From an uncultured Planctomycetaceae bacterium (GTDB taxonomy: Bacteria > Planctomycetota > Planctomycetia > Pirellulales > PALSA-1355): a stretch of 64,000 nt of DNA. The DNA is taken from contig CAWAUV010000007.1 of NCBI GenBank assembly GCA_963785305.1, positions 1,664,001-1,728,000 of the forward strand. The letters are read 5' to 3'. Below the pieces are notes generated by a model. It was given only the letters and a program-made list of their open reading frames with translations, was not told the DNA's origin and did not search any database. This document shows, in pieces, positions 34,001 to 47,202 of the stretch; within the stretch, counting starts at the first letter, position 1; each line of letters begins with the position of its first letter. The translations under genes and the position numbers were made by a program.

Positions 34001-37000
34001 GCTGAGCGTGAAGCTGCTCGTTGCTTCGAGCGTGCCGCCGTTGAGCTGGATATCGGTCTTGGCCGCGACCGGAACGGCGCCGAGGTTGTTGTCGGCCGAA
34101 ATCGAGAGCGTGCTGCCGCCCTGAACGGTGTTGACACCACTGTAGGTGTTGGCGCCGGCAAGCACGAGCGTGCCGCCGGATCCTTCGGCGGTCACGCCGT
34201 AGCCCTTGCCGCCATCGCCAATCACGCCGGCAATGGTCAGGGTGTTGCCATTCGAGACATTGATCGGCGCATTTTCATTGAGTAGCACATTCCGCGTCGC
34301 GGCGAGGGTGAATGTGCCGGTGGCGTCGAGCGTGCCGCCGGTGAGGGTGAGGTTCGTGGCGGCGGTGGCCGGCGCGGCGCCCAGGTTGTTGTCGGCCGAG
34401 ATCGAGAGGTTGCCGACATTCATCACCGTGCCGCCCGTGTAGGTGTTGGCGCCGGAGAGCACGATCGTGCCGCCGTTGATGAATGTCAGGCCGTAAGCGC
34501 CGCTGATGGCGCCGCCCTCGGTGAGTGTGTTGCCGTTGACGGCGATCGTGACATTGGCGCCGAGTGTCACGGCGCCGGTTCCCATGTTGAGCGCGTTCGT
34601 GCCCAAATACGTGAAATTGCCGTTCCAGACTTGGGCATTGTTGTTCGCCAGCGTCAGGGCCGCGCCGCTCGTGTTGTCGATCGAGGTTCCACCAGAGATG
34701 GTGAGAGGGCCGGCGCCGAGCGCGGTGGCGTTGCCGATGCCGAGCGTGCCGGCATTTAGGATCGTGCCGCCGGAGTAAGTGTTGGCGCCGGAGAGCGTGA
34801 GCTCGTTGGCGCCCAACTTCACGAGGCCCAGCGAATTGGCGCCGCCATTGGTGTCGGCGATCACGTTGCCGTAGACGAATGCGCCGGCCGAGGTATCGAG
34901 ACCGAGATACGATCCGCCGAGGAAACCGCCGGTCGCCGAGCCAATGGCCGAGATCGTTTGCACATCGCTGGCCGTGAACTGGCCGGTCCCGACGCCCAGC
35001 GCCAGCGTGGCGCCGCTATTGACCACGATGTTCGAAGCGGTCCAGTTCGTGTTTACGTTGTTGTACAACGAGGATTCGGTGGTGAATTCCAGCGTGCCGG
35101 CATTGACGGTCGACACGCCGCCATATGCGCCGACGCCCGATAGTACCAAAGCGCCCGCGCCGGCCTTGGTGAGGCCATAGCCCAGGCTGTTGTCGGTGAT
35201 TTCACCGCCGATCGTGAGCGTGTTGGCGGCGACCGTCACCGTGGGCGTGATGCCCAAAGTCACTTCGCCCGACCCCGTGTTCAAGCTGTTCGAGCCGTTG
35301 AACGTGAACGAGCTATTCCAATTCTGCGAGTTGTAATTGCCGAAGGTGATCGCGGCGCCCGACGTATTGTCGAACGTGCCGCCATTGATGATGAAGTTGC
35401 TCGTGCCTAGCGCGGTGGCGTTATTCAAATTGAGCGGCGAGCCACTGGTGAGCGTGGTCGTGCCGCCATAGGTATTGGCGCCGGAGAGCGTCATGGTTCC
35501 CGGACCGCTCGGCGTGAACTGCCCATAACCCGACATGACGCCGCTGACCGTGAGTGTCTTGGCCGCGACCGTCAGATCGACCGTGCCGTTCAGCGACACC
35601 GCGCCGCTGACCGTGAGGTTGTTGGTTCCCACGAAGGTGAAGTTCGATTGCCAGTTTTGGCTGTTGCCGATAGTGAGGGCCGCTCCCGAGGTGTTGTCGA
35701 TCGACACCGGAACACTATTGGCGGAACTGATCGTGAGGGCCGACGTATTCGCCCCGAGCGCCGTGGCCGAACCGATATTCAGCAGGCCCCCCTGCATGGT
35801 CACGCCGCCGGTAAACGTATCCGCGCCCGAAATGTTCACCGTTCCCGGGCCGGTGAATTCCATGCCACCGGCGCCGGAAACCACGCCGGTCAGCGACAAT
35901 GCGTGCGAAGTATTGGCGTTGGTGACGGTCTCCGTGCCGTTGAGCGCGATGGCGCCGGAGAGCGTGAGGCTGTTCGTGCCCACGAACGTGAAATTCGAGT
36001 TCCAGGTCTCGGCATTGGCGATGGTGAGCGCGGCGCCCGAGGTATTGTCGATCGCGCCGCCTTGGATCGTGAAAGTTCCGGTTCCGAGCGCCGCGGCGTT
36101 TCCGAGTCCCAGGGTTGCTCCTTGGAGCGTCAGCCCGCCGGCGAAGGTGTTGGCGCCGGTTAGCGAGAGCTCGCCGGTCCCGTTGAGGGTAAGCGTGTTG
36201 GCGGCCACGCCCGAGATCACGCCGCCCACGGTGAGCGTGTTGGCGCCAAGGGTCACGTAGTCGGCCGCGCCGAGCGTGACGGCGCCCGTCCCCAGGTTCA
36301 AGCTATTGGTTCCGGTAAAGGCGAAGCTGGAATTCCAATTCTGGGTATTGTTCGTCGAGAGCGTGAGCGCGCTGCCGGAAGCGTTGTCGAGCGAGCCGCC
36401 GGCGATGGTGAGCGCGCCGGTTCCGAGCGCCGCGGCGTTGCCCAGCGCCAACGTTCCTCCGTTGAGCGTGGTTCCGCCGGTGTAGGTATTGGCGCCCGAG
36501 AGCGTGAGAGTTCCGCTCCCACCGGTGGCAATACTGCCGGGCGTGCCCGCCACATCGGACAACACGCCGCCGAAGGTCAGATTGCCGCCGCCGAAAGACG
36601 TCGTCATCGTGTTCGCGCCGCTGAGCACGATCGCGTTGTTGAACGTTTCCAGCGAAAACCCGTTGTTGTTGACGCCGCCCGTGAGTGTGAATTGATCGCC
36701 GCCGATGATATAGGCCGGCGCGGAATTGAATGTGATGTTCGCGAGCGAGAGCCCGGAGAGGTCGTCGTTGAGGGTCGTGCCCCCCGAGCCCTCGGAACCG
36801 AAAATGAGCGAATCGCCATTCGCGGGCGGGTTATTTCCCCCGGTCCAGCCGCCGGTCGACCAGTTGGCGGTCGTGCCGGTCCAAGTGTCGGTCGATTGGG
36901 CCCCCGCGATCGACGGCGCCGAAACAACGAGCGCGACCGCAATCGCCACGGCCGCTCGGAGGTTTCGTGTCAGCCGATCCCGGAGCGAAGGTTCGGAATT

Positions 37001-37042
37001 CCTAGAGGTCGAAGCGCAAGCGGGCAGCCGATGCTTCGTCAT
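25077..37042 (-). CDS. Giant (~4,000 aa) surface protein: autotransporter-associated beta-strand repeats, 3 PA14 domains, legume-lectin-like domain, PEP-CTERM; broken by indels
   Basis: ORFs 32828-37042, 31516-33114 and 25077-32000. Many G.GTLTLSGANTY.GGT repeats, three SDDGS motifs, ADGATF...YVGFSG, and VPEP-TM-RR terminus. Confidence 0.88.
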
Positions 37043-37495
37043 GACAATGTTCCATTGAGTCTGGGGGATGGGAATCGGGAGAACCGCTTACCAAGCAAGA
37101 AGTGACCGAATTCCGCGCCGATCCGACGGGGCAAATTTCCGCCAAACTGAGAGTGCCTTGCGGTTAAGCACCGCATCTCGAGCTCGACTTAATTAGCGCC
37201 GCCCGCTAATCCGCTATGTGCCAGCGGTGATTTACCGCAATTAACGATGTTTGCCTAGTCACTGAATGCGGACGACCGCATCTTGCGGATATCCTGATTC
37301 ATCGAAGACTTTTTTGCAAGTAGTTTTTTCCAAATTCGAGAACTTCCTCGGACCCCGCTCTCTCGGGTGGAATGCAAAACCGAATTTACATCCGCTCGCG
37401 GAGCGCATCACTTGAGTCGCCGCCCGCAACGGTTATCATGTCGGGCGCCAATATCGACTTCGCGAGATCCACGAAAGGGAGCGGTGCTGCGAGTA

Positions 37496-38911
37496 ATGGA
37501 GACACAAATTGCCGTTTTAGGGGGCGGGCCCGGGGGCTACGCCGCGGCGTTCATGGCGGCCGATCTGGGAATGCGCGTCACGCTGATCGAGTCCGATCCG
37601 CGGTTGGGCGGAACCTGCCTGCTCCGCGGTTGCATTCCGTCGAAGGCCCTGCTGCATGTGGCGCGCGTGATCAGCGAGTCGCGCGAAATGCACGAATGGG
37701 GCGTTGCGTTTGATCCGCCCAAGATCGACATCGCCGGAGTGCGGGCCCGAAAGGAAAAGGTCATCAAGACGCTTTCCGATGGCTTGCGCGGTCTCGCCAA
37801 GCAGCGCAAGGTCGAAGTGATCCATGCCCGAGGTGTCTTCGAGAATTCGACCACGCTCCGGCTCGAGGGCGAGGGACTCAAAGACACGCGGCTGACCTAC
37901 GATTTTTGCGTGCTGGCCACTGGCTCGATCCCCGCGATGCCGGCCGCTTGGAAATTGCCTACCCGGCGGGTGATGGATTCCTCGGGCGCTCTCGATTTGG
38001 CCGACTTGCCCGAAACGCTACTGGTGATCGGCGGCGGCTATATCGGACTGGAAATGGGCAGTGTGTATGCCGAGCTCGGGTCGCGGGTGAGCGTGGTCGA
38101 GGCCACGAGCGGCCTCTTGCCGTTGGCCGATCGCGACCTGGTCAAGCCGCTGCAAACCCGACTTGCCAAGAGCTTCAAGAAAATCTGGCTCGACACGAAA
38201 GTGGTCTCGTTGGCCGATCAGGGCAACGCGATCGAAGTGGCGCTCGATGGTCCCGATGGTCCGCGGACTGAAAAATTCAGCCGCGTGCTCGTGGCCGTGG
38301 GCCGGCGGCCGAATAGCGTGGGGCTGGGGCTCGAGCGCACGGCGGTCGAGATCGACGCCAAGGGTTTCGTCGTCACCGACGACCGGCAACGCACGGCCGA
38401 TCCGCATATTTTGGCGATCGGCGATGTGTCGGGCGAGCCGATGCTGGCCCACCGCGCCACGCATCAGGGCAAGGTGGCGATCGAAGCGCTCGCCGGCGAA
38501 CCGGCCGCCTTTCAGCCGAGCTGCATTCCGGCAGTCGTGTTCACCGATCCGGAAGTGGCCTGGGCCGGCGTGACGGAAGAAGAAGCCAAGGCCCAAGGCA
38601 TCGCCCACGAAGTGTCCAAGTATCCCTGGGTAGCCAGCGGCAAGGCCCAGGCGCTGGGCCGCACCGAGGGCCTAACCAAGTTCATCGTCGATCCGGCGAC
38701 CGAGCGAGTGCTGGGCGTGGGCATCGTGGGTGTCAATGCGGGCGACCTGATCACGGAGGCGGTGGTGGCGCTCGAAATGGGCGCCACGGCGCGCGACATC
38801 GCCGAGTCGATCCATCCGCATCCAACCCTGAGCGAAACTCTGGGCAACGCCGCCGAGGTTTTCATGGGAACCGCCACGGAGATTTATAAGCCCCGCGCGA
38901 AAACCCACTAA
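37496..38911 (+). CDS. lpdA: Dihydrolipoamide dehydrogenase
   Basis: GGGPGGY, GGTCLLRGCIPSK, HPHPTLSE. Confidence 0.95.
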   Translation: METQIAVLGGGPGGYAAAFMAADLGMRVTLIESDPRLGGTCLLRGCIPSKALLHVARVISESREMHEWGVAFDPPKIDIAGVRARKEKVIKTLSDGLRGLAKQRKVEVIHARGVFENSTTLRLEGEGLKDTRLTYDFCVLATGSIPAMPAAWKLPTRRVMDSSGALDLADLPETLLVIGGGYIGLEMGSVYAELGSRVSVVEATSGLLPLADRDLVKPLQTRLAKSFKKIWLDTKVVSLADQGNAIEVALDGPDGPRTEKFSRVLVAVGRRPNSVGLGLERTAVEIDAKGFVVTDDRQRTADPHILAIGDVSGEPMLAHRATHQGKVAIEALAGEPAAFQPSCIPAVVFTDPEVAWAGVTEEEAKAQGIAHEVSKYPWVASGKAQALGRTEGLTKFIVDPATERVLGVGIVGVNAGDLITEAVVALEMGATARDIAESIHPHPTLSETLGNAAEVFMGTATEIYKPRAKTH

Positions 38912-39448
38912 CCGCTGGAAAAGACGTCGATTTGTCGATATTCGGCCGAAGAATTGGGCCGAAGGGGGCGATCGCCGGCCGAGGACTCAGTCACTCGGCG
39001 GAGCGAGCGGCCTGCAGGCGACTGGGCCGGCAAGTCTGGCGCCGGAGCGGTGGGCCTCGCCAAAGATGAAGGGACCGCAAGTTTTTCCAAAGCGCTGCGG
39101 CGCAAACAACTTAAGGCCCCTTTACCAAATCCGGGGCATGGATGATAATTTGAAGGATATTGTTTCCCTGGCCGTCGATCTTAGTTGTCTGCGGATTCCG
39201 CCCCTGGGGCCGCCGCGCCGTGGTTTCGCGCGGCTTTGCTTCGCACAACTGGGTTTCGTACGGTTGCATGTCGCGCGACTGGGCTGCGCGGTTGGGGGCA
39301 GTTGATCCGTCGGGGACGCCGGTCGCGGGCGATGGCGCCGCGAGCGCGGTGCTCACGGGCCGGGGAGGCCGGCAAGCAGGTCGCAAAGCGGTCCCCGTTC
39401 GCAAGTTCAATCGCGTTTGATTCGCTCAACCTTGAGAGGTGTTTATTC

Positions 39449-42135
39449 ATGGCCACAGTGGATGTAGTCAGCGCGCATGGCGACACGGACCCCGACGAAA
39501 CCGCCGAATGGCTCGAGTCGCTTCGCGGGGTGCTCGAGTCGCAAGGCCCCGAGCGCGTCAACTTCCTTCTGGCGTCTTTGAGCGAAGCGGCTCATCGCCA
39601 AGGCGTCGAGTTGCCGTTCACCGCCACCACGCCCTACATCAACTCGATTCCCAAAGACAAGCAGCCCCCCTACCCTGGCAACCGCGAGATCGAGCGGCGG
39701 ATCAAAAGCATCATTCGCTGGAACGCCATGGCGATGGTCAGCCGCGCCAACAAGCTCGATTCGAGCATCGGCGGCCATATCTCGACCTTCGCCTCGAGCG
39801 CCACGCTCTACGAAGTGGCCTTCAACCACTTCTTCAAAGGCAAGGGCGCCGACTACTCCGGCGACCAGATTTACTTTCAGGGCCACGCCGCGCCGGGCAT
39901 GTATGCCCGCGCTTTTCTCGAAGGCCGTTTGACGGAGAAGAACCTCGAGAATTTCCGCCGCGAGCTGGCGCCTGGCGGCGGGTTGTCGTCGTATCCGCAT
40001 CCGTGGTTGATGCCCAATTTCTGGGAATTCCCCACGGTTTCGATGGGTCTGGGCCCGATCATGGCCATCTATCAGGCCCGCTTCAACAAGTACCTGCAAG
40101 ACCGCGGCATCAAGACGACCGAAAACACCCATGTTTGGGCATTTCTGGGCGATGGTGAGTGCGACGAGCCCGAAACGCTCGGCGCGATCACGCTCGCCGG
40201 TCGGGAGGCGCTCGACAACCTGATCTTCGTGATCAACTGCAATCTTCAGCGGCTCGATGGCCCGGTGCGCGGCAATGGCAAGATCATTCAAGAGCTCGAA
40301 GGCGCCTTCCGCGGCGCGGGCTGGAATGTGATCAAGGTCATTTGGGGCGATAGCTGGGACCCGCTCCTATCGAAGGACAAGACCGGCCTCTTGGCCAAGC
40401 GGATGGACGAGGTCGTCGATGGCGAATATCAAAAATACACCGTCATGGGCGGCGATTACATTCGCGAGCACTTTTTCGGCAAGTATCCCGAACTGCTTGC
40501 CATGGTGCGAGGCATGTCCGACGACGATCTCAAAAAGCTCCGCCGCGGCGGCCACGATCCTGAAAAGGTCCATGCGGCCTACAAAGCGGCCGTCGAATGC
40601 CAAGGCAAACCGACCGTGGTGCTGGCCAAGACGATCAAGGGCTACGGCCTGGGCGAGATCGGCGAAGGGCGCAACGCCACCCATTCGCAGAAAAAGCTCG
40701 GCGAGAAGGAATACCGCGAGTTTCGCAGTCGCTTCGGTATTCCCATCTCCGACGACGAAGTTGGCAAGGCGCCGTTCTACAAGCCGGCCGACGACAGCGA
40801 CGAAATGAAATACATGCGTGATCGCCGCGAGAAGCTCGGCGGCTTGCTTGCCCTCGCGCAACACGCTTACGGTGCGCACCGAAACGCCCCGCGCCACGCG
40901 AATATCCCGACTTGCTCGCCGGCAGCGGCGAGAAAGAAGCCTCGACCACCGCCGGCTTTGTCGCCGTGCTCCGCACGCTCCTCGCGCGACAAGCGAATCG
41001 GCAAATACATCGTGCCGATCGTGCCCGATGAGTCACGCACCTTCGGCATGGAGGGTTTGTTCAAACAGATCGGCATTTACTCCCATGTCGGCCAGCTCTA
41101 CGAACCGGTCGACGCCGGCATGCTTTCCTACTATCGCGAAGCCACCGATGGCCAGTTGCTCGAGGAAGGCATCACCGAGGCCGGATCGATGGCCTCGTTC
41201 ATCGCCGCCGGCACCGCCTACTCCAGCCACGGAATCAACATGATTCCGTTCTATATCTACTACTCGATGTTCGGCTTCCAGCGAATTGGCGACATGATCT
41301 GGGCCGCCATGGACTGCCGGGCCAAGGGCTTTTTGATCGGGGGCACCGCCGGCCGCACCACGCTCGCCGGCGAGGGCCTTCAGCATCAAGACGGCCACAG
41401 CCACTTGAACTCGATCGCCTTCCCCAATGTCCGCTCCTACGACCCGGCCTTCGGCTACGAAACTTCGTTGATCGTGTTCGACGGCATGAAACGCATGTAC
41501 GAAGACGGCGAAGACGCGATCTATTACATCACGGTGTGCAACGAGAACTATCGCCAGCCGCCGATGCCCGCCGGCGTGGAAGAGGGCGTGATTCGCGGTA
41601 TTTACAAATACGCGAGCAAGGAAGTCGCCGGCGCGGGCGCCAAGAAAGTGCAGCTCTTCGGCAGCGGCGCGATCTTGCGGGAAACGATTCGCGCTCAGGA
41701 AATCCTGGCCGAGCAGTTTCATGTGTCGAGCATGTGTGGAGTGTCACCAGCTACACCGAGCTGCGGCGCGACGCTCATGCCTGCGAGCGCTGGAATATGT
41801 TTCACCCGAGTGAAACGCCGCGCCGGCCCTATGTCGAAACCTTGCTCGAAGGCGTGCCGGGGCCATTTATCGCCGCGTCGGACTATGTGCGGGCCGTGTC
41901 GGAGCAGATTTCTCCCTGGGTTCCGGGCGGATTGTATGTGCTAGGCGCCGATGGATTCGGCCGTAGCGAGCTTCGCAAGCCGCTCCGGCGCCACTTCGAG
42001 GTCGACGCCGAGTGCATCGCCATCGCCGCGTTGTATCGACTGGCCAAGCTCGGCAAATTGCCCGAGAGCGCCGTCACGGCCGCGATCCAACAACTGGGAG
42101 TCGACCCCGAGAAAATCGACCCGATTCGCGCCTAA
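39449..42135 (+). CDS. aceE: Pyruvate dehydrogenase E1, homodimeric type (indels ~40850-40990 and ~41731)
   Basis: IRWNAMAMV, SSYPHPWLMP, GDGE, NCNLQRLDGPV, PDESRTFGME, GEGLQH. Confidence 0.95.
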
Positions 42136-42342
42136 CCGCATCATGTCGCCCGATGGCCCGCGGGGGCCAATGGGAAGCAGCGGAGCCACGCGGCGAGAAA
42201 TCGCAACCAACATGGCAAACGATTATTGTCGCGAACGAAGCGGGCCACGCGGCTTGGAATTCGATTCCGGAGCCGCGGCCTGAGCGCTTCGCGGAATTAC
42301 ACCTCAAACGATTGATACCACGACCGACGGAGTTTCCGATCC

Positions 42343-43716
42343 ATGGCCATTGATTTCCGGCTGCCCGACCTAGGCGAAAATATCGAGTCGGGCGACATCG
42401 TGAATGTGCTCGTGCATGAAGGCGATCAGATCGTCGCCGAGCAAGGAGTGCTTGAAGTCGAGACCGGCAAGGCCGTGATCGAGTTGCCCTGTCCGCATGC
42501 GGGCCGCGTGACCAAGGTGCATGTGAAAAAGGGCTCGAAGGTGAAGCCAGGCGACGCCCTCTTGACGCTCGAGGCGTCGAACGGCGTGGCTGCCTCGACG
42601 GCGCCGAAAGCTCCGGAGCCGGCAATTTCGAAGGTCGCTCCGGCGCCGTCAGACGAGCCCGGCCCCGGTGGCGGCAAGGCCGGCGCCAGCCGCGCCCGCG
42701 GCGAACCACTCGGCGCCCGCGGCGCCGAAATCGATCGCCGCGCCGAAAGAAGCCGAAAAGCCGCTTCGCACGCCTCCGGCCGGTCCGGCCACGCGCCGCT
42801 TGGCCCGCGAGTTAGGCGTCGATCTCAGCCGTGTCGAAGGCACGGGCTCCGGCGGCCGTATCACCGAGGAAGATGTGAAGGCCTCGGTGCGAAATAGCGC
42901 CGCGCCAGCAACCGTGGCACCCGAATCCGCGCCTGCCCGTACTCCGGCTCCGGCTCGGACCCCGGCGGTGCGCAGCGCTCCGCCCGAGGGCGCCGACGAG
43001 CAAGACGCCTGGGGCACGATCCGCCGCCAGCCCATGCCGAAGATTCGCAAGACGATCGCGGTGAACATGCACCGCTCGGCGACGACGATCCCACATGTCA
43101 CGAATTTCGACGACGCCGATATCACCGAACTCGAGCGCATCCGCAAGGGCGGGCTGGTCGATTATATCGACCCGAGCATCAAGCTCACCATGATGCCCTT
43201 CGTGATGAAGGCGATCGCGCAGTCGCTCAAGCTGCATCCGATTCTCAACACCTCGATCGATCTGGAAAACGAAACCATCACCTATAAGCAATACATCAAC
43301 ATCGGCGTGGCCGTCGACACGGAACGCGGATTGGTCGTGCCGGTGATTCGCAATGTCGACCGAATGAGCATTCCGGCGATCGCCCAGGCGCTGGGCGCGG
43401 TCGCGGAAAAGGCCGCGCAAGAGCCAATTCACGGTTGATGATCTCAAAGGCGCCACCTTCACGATTAGCAACCTCGGCGCCGTGGGCGGCACGTATTCGA
43501 CGCCGATCATCAATCACCCGGATGTCGCGATTCTGCTCACCGGCCGCAGCCGCAAGCTGCCGGTCGTGGTCGACGACAAGATCGAGACCGCGGCTGATGA
43601 TGCCGCTCAGCCTGTCGTATGATCACCGGATCATCGACGGCGCGACGGCCGCCCGCTTCTTGAACGAGATTATCGGCTATCTGAAGAACCCCGGCCGGCT
43701 GCTTTTGGCGCCCTAG
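42343..43716 (+). CDS. aceF: Dihydrolipoamide acetyltransferase E2 (indels)
   Basis: Lipoyl domain (LPDLGE...ETGKA), E3-binding domain, catalytic [10 protein letters not shown] across frames. Confidence 0.9.
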
Positions 43717-43807
43717 CGGGAGGTAGCCGGAAGTGGTCGTTCCGCGAGCGGGGCGATCGCCGCGGAGGTTCGTGTAACGAATGGAACTGGCAGGGAGGCC
43801 GAGGTCG

Positions 43808-44681
43808 ATGGGCGGCAAACCGGAAAAATCACCCTCGCCGCGCGGGGCGGCGCAGTGGTTCGAGAGCTTGGCCGCCGCCGGCGTAAGCCATGTGGGCCGC
43901 GGCAAGACCGCCGGGAAAACCGGCGCCAAAAACGCCGAAGCCAAGGGCAAAGCCGCCCGAGCGAGCGACGCCCCGGGAAACGCTGTTCAAGCAAACGCCG
44001 CTTTGGAAACAGCCGCCGCAAGCAGCTCCGCGACCGCGAAACTCGCGGCCGCCAAGTCCGGCCCCTCGGCTCGAGCGCCGCGGCGCCGCCAGCCCAACCC
44101 GTGGCGGAGTGGTCGAGCCCGACGCGATCTGGGAATCGCTCCGCTGCCGCGTGGTCAAGTGCCGACGCTGTGGCGAACTGGCCGAGACTCGCACCCAAAC
44201 GGTTTTCGGCGTCGGCAATCATCGGCCACTGCTCTGTTTTTTGGGCGAAGCGCCGGGGGCCGATGAAGATCGCCAGGGCGAGCCGTTTGTCGGCGCCGCG
44301 GGCCAACTGCTCAATAAGATCATCGAAGCCTGCCGCATGACGCGCGAGGAGGTCTATATCCTCAATGTGCTGAAATGCCGCCCGCCGGGAAATCGCGCCC
44401 CGCTGCCGGAAGAAGCGTCGAACTGCCGCGAATACCTCGACGAACAACTCGCGCTGCTCGCGCCGAGATTCGTCTGCTGCCTGGGGGCCGTGGCCGCGCA
44501 AAATCTTTTGGGCACGACCGTGGCGATTGGCCGCCTCCGCGGACAACTTCACGCCCATGCCGACTACCAGGTGCTCTGCACCTATCATCCCGCCTATTTG
44601 CTGCGAAACCCGGCCGCCAAGCGCGATGTGTGGGAAGACATGAAATTGCTGATGGCCGCGATGGGCCGCCCGGTCGGCTAA
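43808..44681 (+). CDS. Uracil-DNA glycosylase family 4 (probable indel ~44070-44100)
   Basis: [37 protein letters not shown]. Confidence 0.88.
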
Positions 44682-44726
44682 CGGCCTGTTGAACATGGCA
44701 ACGGGCAGCCAAGCGCGCGGCCGGTT

Positions 44727-46177
44727 TCACCCGCCCACGGGCTGCGAGCTCGGCACCAGCTTCCAAAGCGTCTCGCGCAGCTCGCGCACCTTGAGCGGCA
44801 TCTGCAATACGACTCGATGCTCGGCCAACTTCACCTGCTTGAGCCAGCCCCGCTGCCGCTCGCCAAGCAGCAGAATCGCCGGCAATTGCCGGGTGTCGTC
44901 CGAGTCATCAAGACGATTGAAAGCCGCCAGCGCCGACTCGCCAAGTTCGCCGGTGCTGATCAAAATACAGTCGGCCGGCTTCGGATGGTCGCCAAACCGG
45001 GCCAACGCCCGATCAGGATCGCGGGTGACCAAGATCCGAAAGCCGTTCGATTTCAGTTTCTCGCGAAAGATATCCTGCAGGGCCATGTTCGATTCGACCA
45101 CCATCAGCGCATGCGCGCCTGCGCCGCGCTCGGCCGAGCAGCTTGAGGGTCGTCGCCACTTTCGGGATTCGCCAAGTGCTGCGCGACCGATTGGAGATCG
45201 ATCACCATTTCGGCGGCGGTCTGATATCGCAAATCGGCGTTGAATTGCATCGCCCGCTGCACGGCGCCCACCACATAGCGTGGCAGATTGGGCTCGCGTT
45301 CGGTGATCGGCGTGATCTCGGTGAGGCTGGCCTTCGTGATCGGGTTGCGGCGATCGCGTCCCGGCTCGGGCAGCGGCGACACTCCGGTCAAAAGCTGATA
45401 ATACATGCAGCCGAGAAAGAACAAGTCGCTGCGCGGATCGTCGCGTTTCACGCCCGAATAACGCTCGAGCGCCGCGTATTGCACGGTGCGCGGGTTGGCG
45501 TTGGCCTCGTCCTCGCCTTCGTCGCCGCCCAGGCCGAAGTCCACGATCTTGGCCTGCCCCCGGGCCGAGAGGAGCACGTTCGAGAGCTTAAGATCGCGAT
45601 GCGAAATTCCGCGCTCGGCGGCATAGGCCAAGCCCCCGGCGATCTCGGTGATGAGTCGCGTCGATTCGGTGGGGTCGAACTTACCGCGCACTCGCGTGAA
45701 GTCGCGCAGGTTGCGACCTTCGACGAATTCGAGCGTAATGTAGGGTGTCTTGCCTTCTTTCGCCGCCTCGTAGGTGCGCACGATATTGGGGTGGTGGAGC
45801 GTCTCGCCCATTTTGCCTTCGCGGAAGAATCGATCCGACTCTTCGGGATCGTCGCAAAATCGGCGGCGGAGCACTTTCAGGGCGACAATCTCACCGGTGG
45901 TTTTATGCACGGCGCGATAGACGCGGGCAAATGAGCCGGTGCCCACGAGATACAGCACCTTGTAGTCGCCGAAGAAAAATCCGTCGACTTCACCGCGTAT
46001 CAGACGCTCGGCCTGGAAATTGGTGAGGAAGTCGCGCCGCAGGAGTTGCTGCAAAAACGCTTCGCCGTCGATCTCGCGATTCGGAATCTGTCCCCAAACA
46101 TCGGAAAGCTGGCGTTGATCGACCAGCCCAAGCTGCAAAGCACGCTGCGAAAGTTGTTCCGCGGTCAGTTGACCCAT
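44727..46177 (-). CDS. Ser/Thr protein kinase with C-terminal receiver-like domain (indel ~45110)
   Basis: GTGSFARV, VALK, HRDLK, DFG; the downstream frame MVVESN... is receiver-like. Confidence 0.85.
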
Positions 46178-46574
46178 GGCGACAGCTTCTCCCCGCGGCG
46201 TGGGGCAATTGAAGGTGGGAATCTGGGGGACGGCGCTTTTGCGGCGCAGGAGAGGGCGCTGTTCCGGCAAACGCCCTTGTGCATCTTACGCTAGCGCCGG
46301 CGCCGCTTCAACGCGGCGCGAGCTCAAACACGCTCCTGACGGCATTGTAACACGATGCTCATGGAGTGCGCGAGCCAGCAGCCGGAAAATACTCGTTCGC
46401 ACAAGCACCTGCCGGTCCCCGACCCGCGCTTCGGAAGGGCGCTTATTATCCCAACCCCGGACCCAGCCCGCGGCGCCGCTTTTTTCGGCCTAAATCTCAA
46501 ATCCTTTCTGGATTGCCCCTAGCTCGCCAGCCTGTTGAAATATTCAACAGGCCGCGCCACGGCAGCCCGGCGCT

Positions 46575-46865
46575 TCAGCCGACATCGGCGTCGTCGAGCA
46601 ATTTGCGGAAGCCATCGCGTTCGCGGCGAGTCGCCTCCAGGTCGAACATCAGGTACTTCATATCGAGCCGCAATTGGCTAAGCGCGTCTTGCACCAAGTT
46701 CAAAATCCGTCGGCGGCGGCGAGTGCTGTCGAGCGTCTGCTGCACCAGCGGGGCAAGAGCGCGGCGAAATTCAAGCGGCAGAGCCTCGCAGGCATCGGCC
46801 AGTTGACGCAGGTCGGCCGGAATCTCGTCGGCGATCGGTTGCGCGGTCGGCGAAGTCTCGTTCAT
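46575..46865 (-). CDS. Small conserved coiled-coil hypothetical protein
   Basis: 96 aa with RRRRILNLVQDALSQLRLDMKYLMFDLEATRRERD heptad pattern. Confidence 0.75.
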   Translation of the reverse strand: MNETSPTAQPIADEIPADLRQLADACEALPLEFRRALAPLVQQTLDSTRRRRRILNLVQDALSQLRLDMKYLMFDLEATRRERDGFRKLLDDADVG

Positions 46866-47202
46866 GGCGGCGTTCCTCGGGAGAAGGGTTTTGGGCAGCG
46901 TTCGACCGTTTGGTGAAGCAAGGGAAATGCACTCGCCATGCCACGGCCCATTCCGGCCGGCGCGCCAAGGACACCAACCCTTTGCCAGGTATTGACTTAC
47001 GCGTCATTTTCCTCCGGAGTCCCTCGGCCTCAAGCATTGAAAAAATTCACCACGCATTGATCTGGCGTCAGAATGCAACTGCCGTTACAAGAATGACTTG
47101 CGCACGAAAATCGCCCTAGCGACGCGGTGTTGCTCTTTGGCCACATGCGGTATCGCCGTCAACAGCAGGGAACTTCGTTTTCGCCTCTCGCCGAGCGAAT
47201 CC

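Noticed and set aside
21884..43716. sufS, aceE and aceF as true pseudogenes
   Set aside because: Catalytic motifs are intact in conserved operons, and the indels look like sequencing errors.
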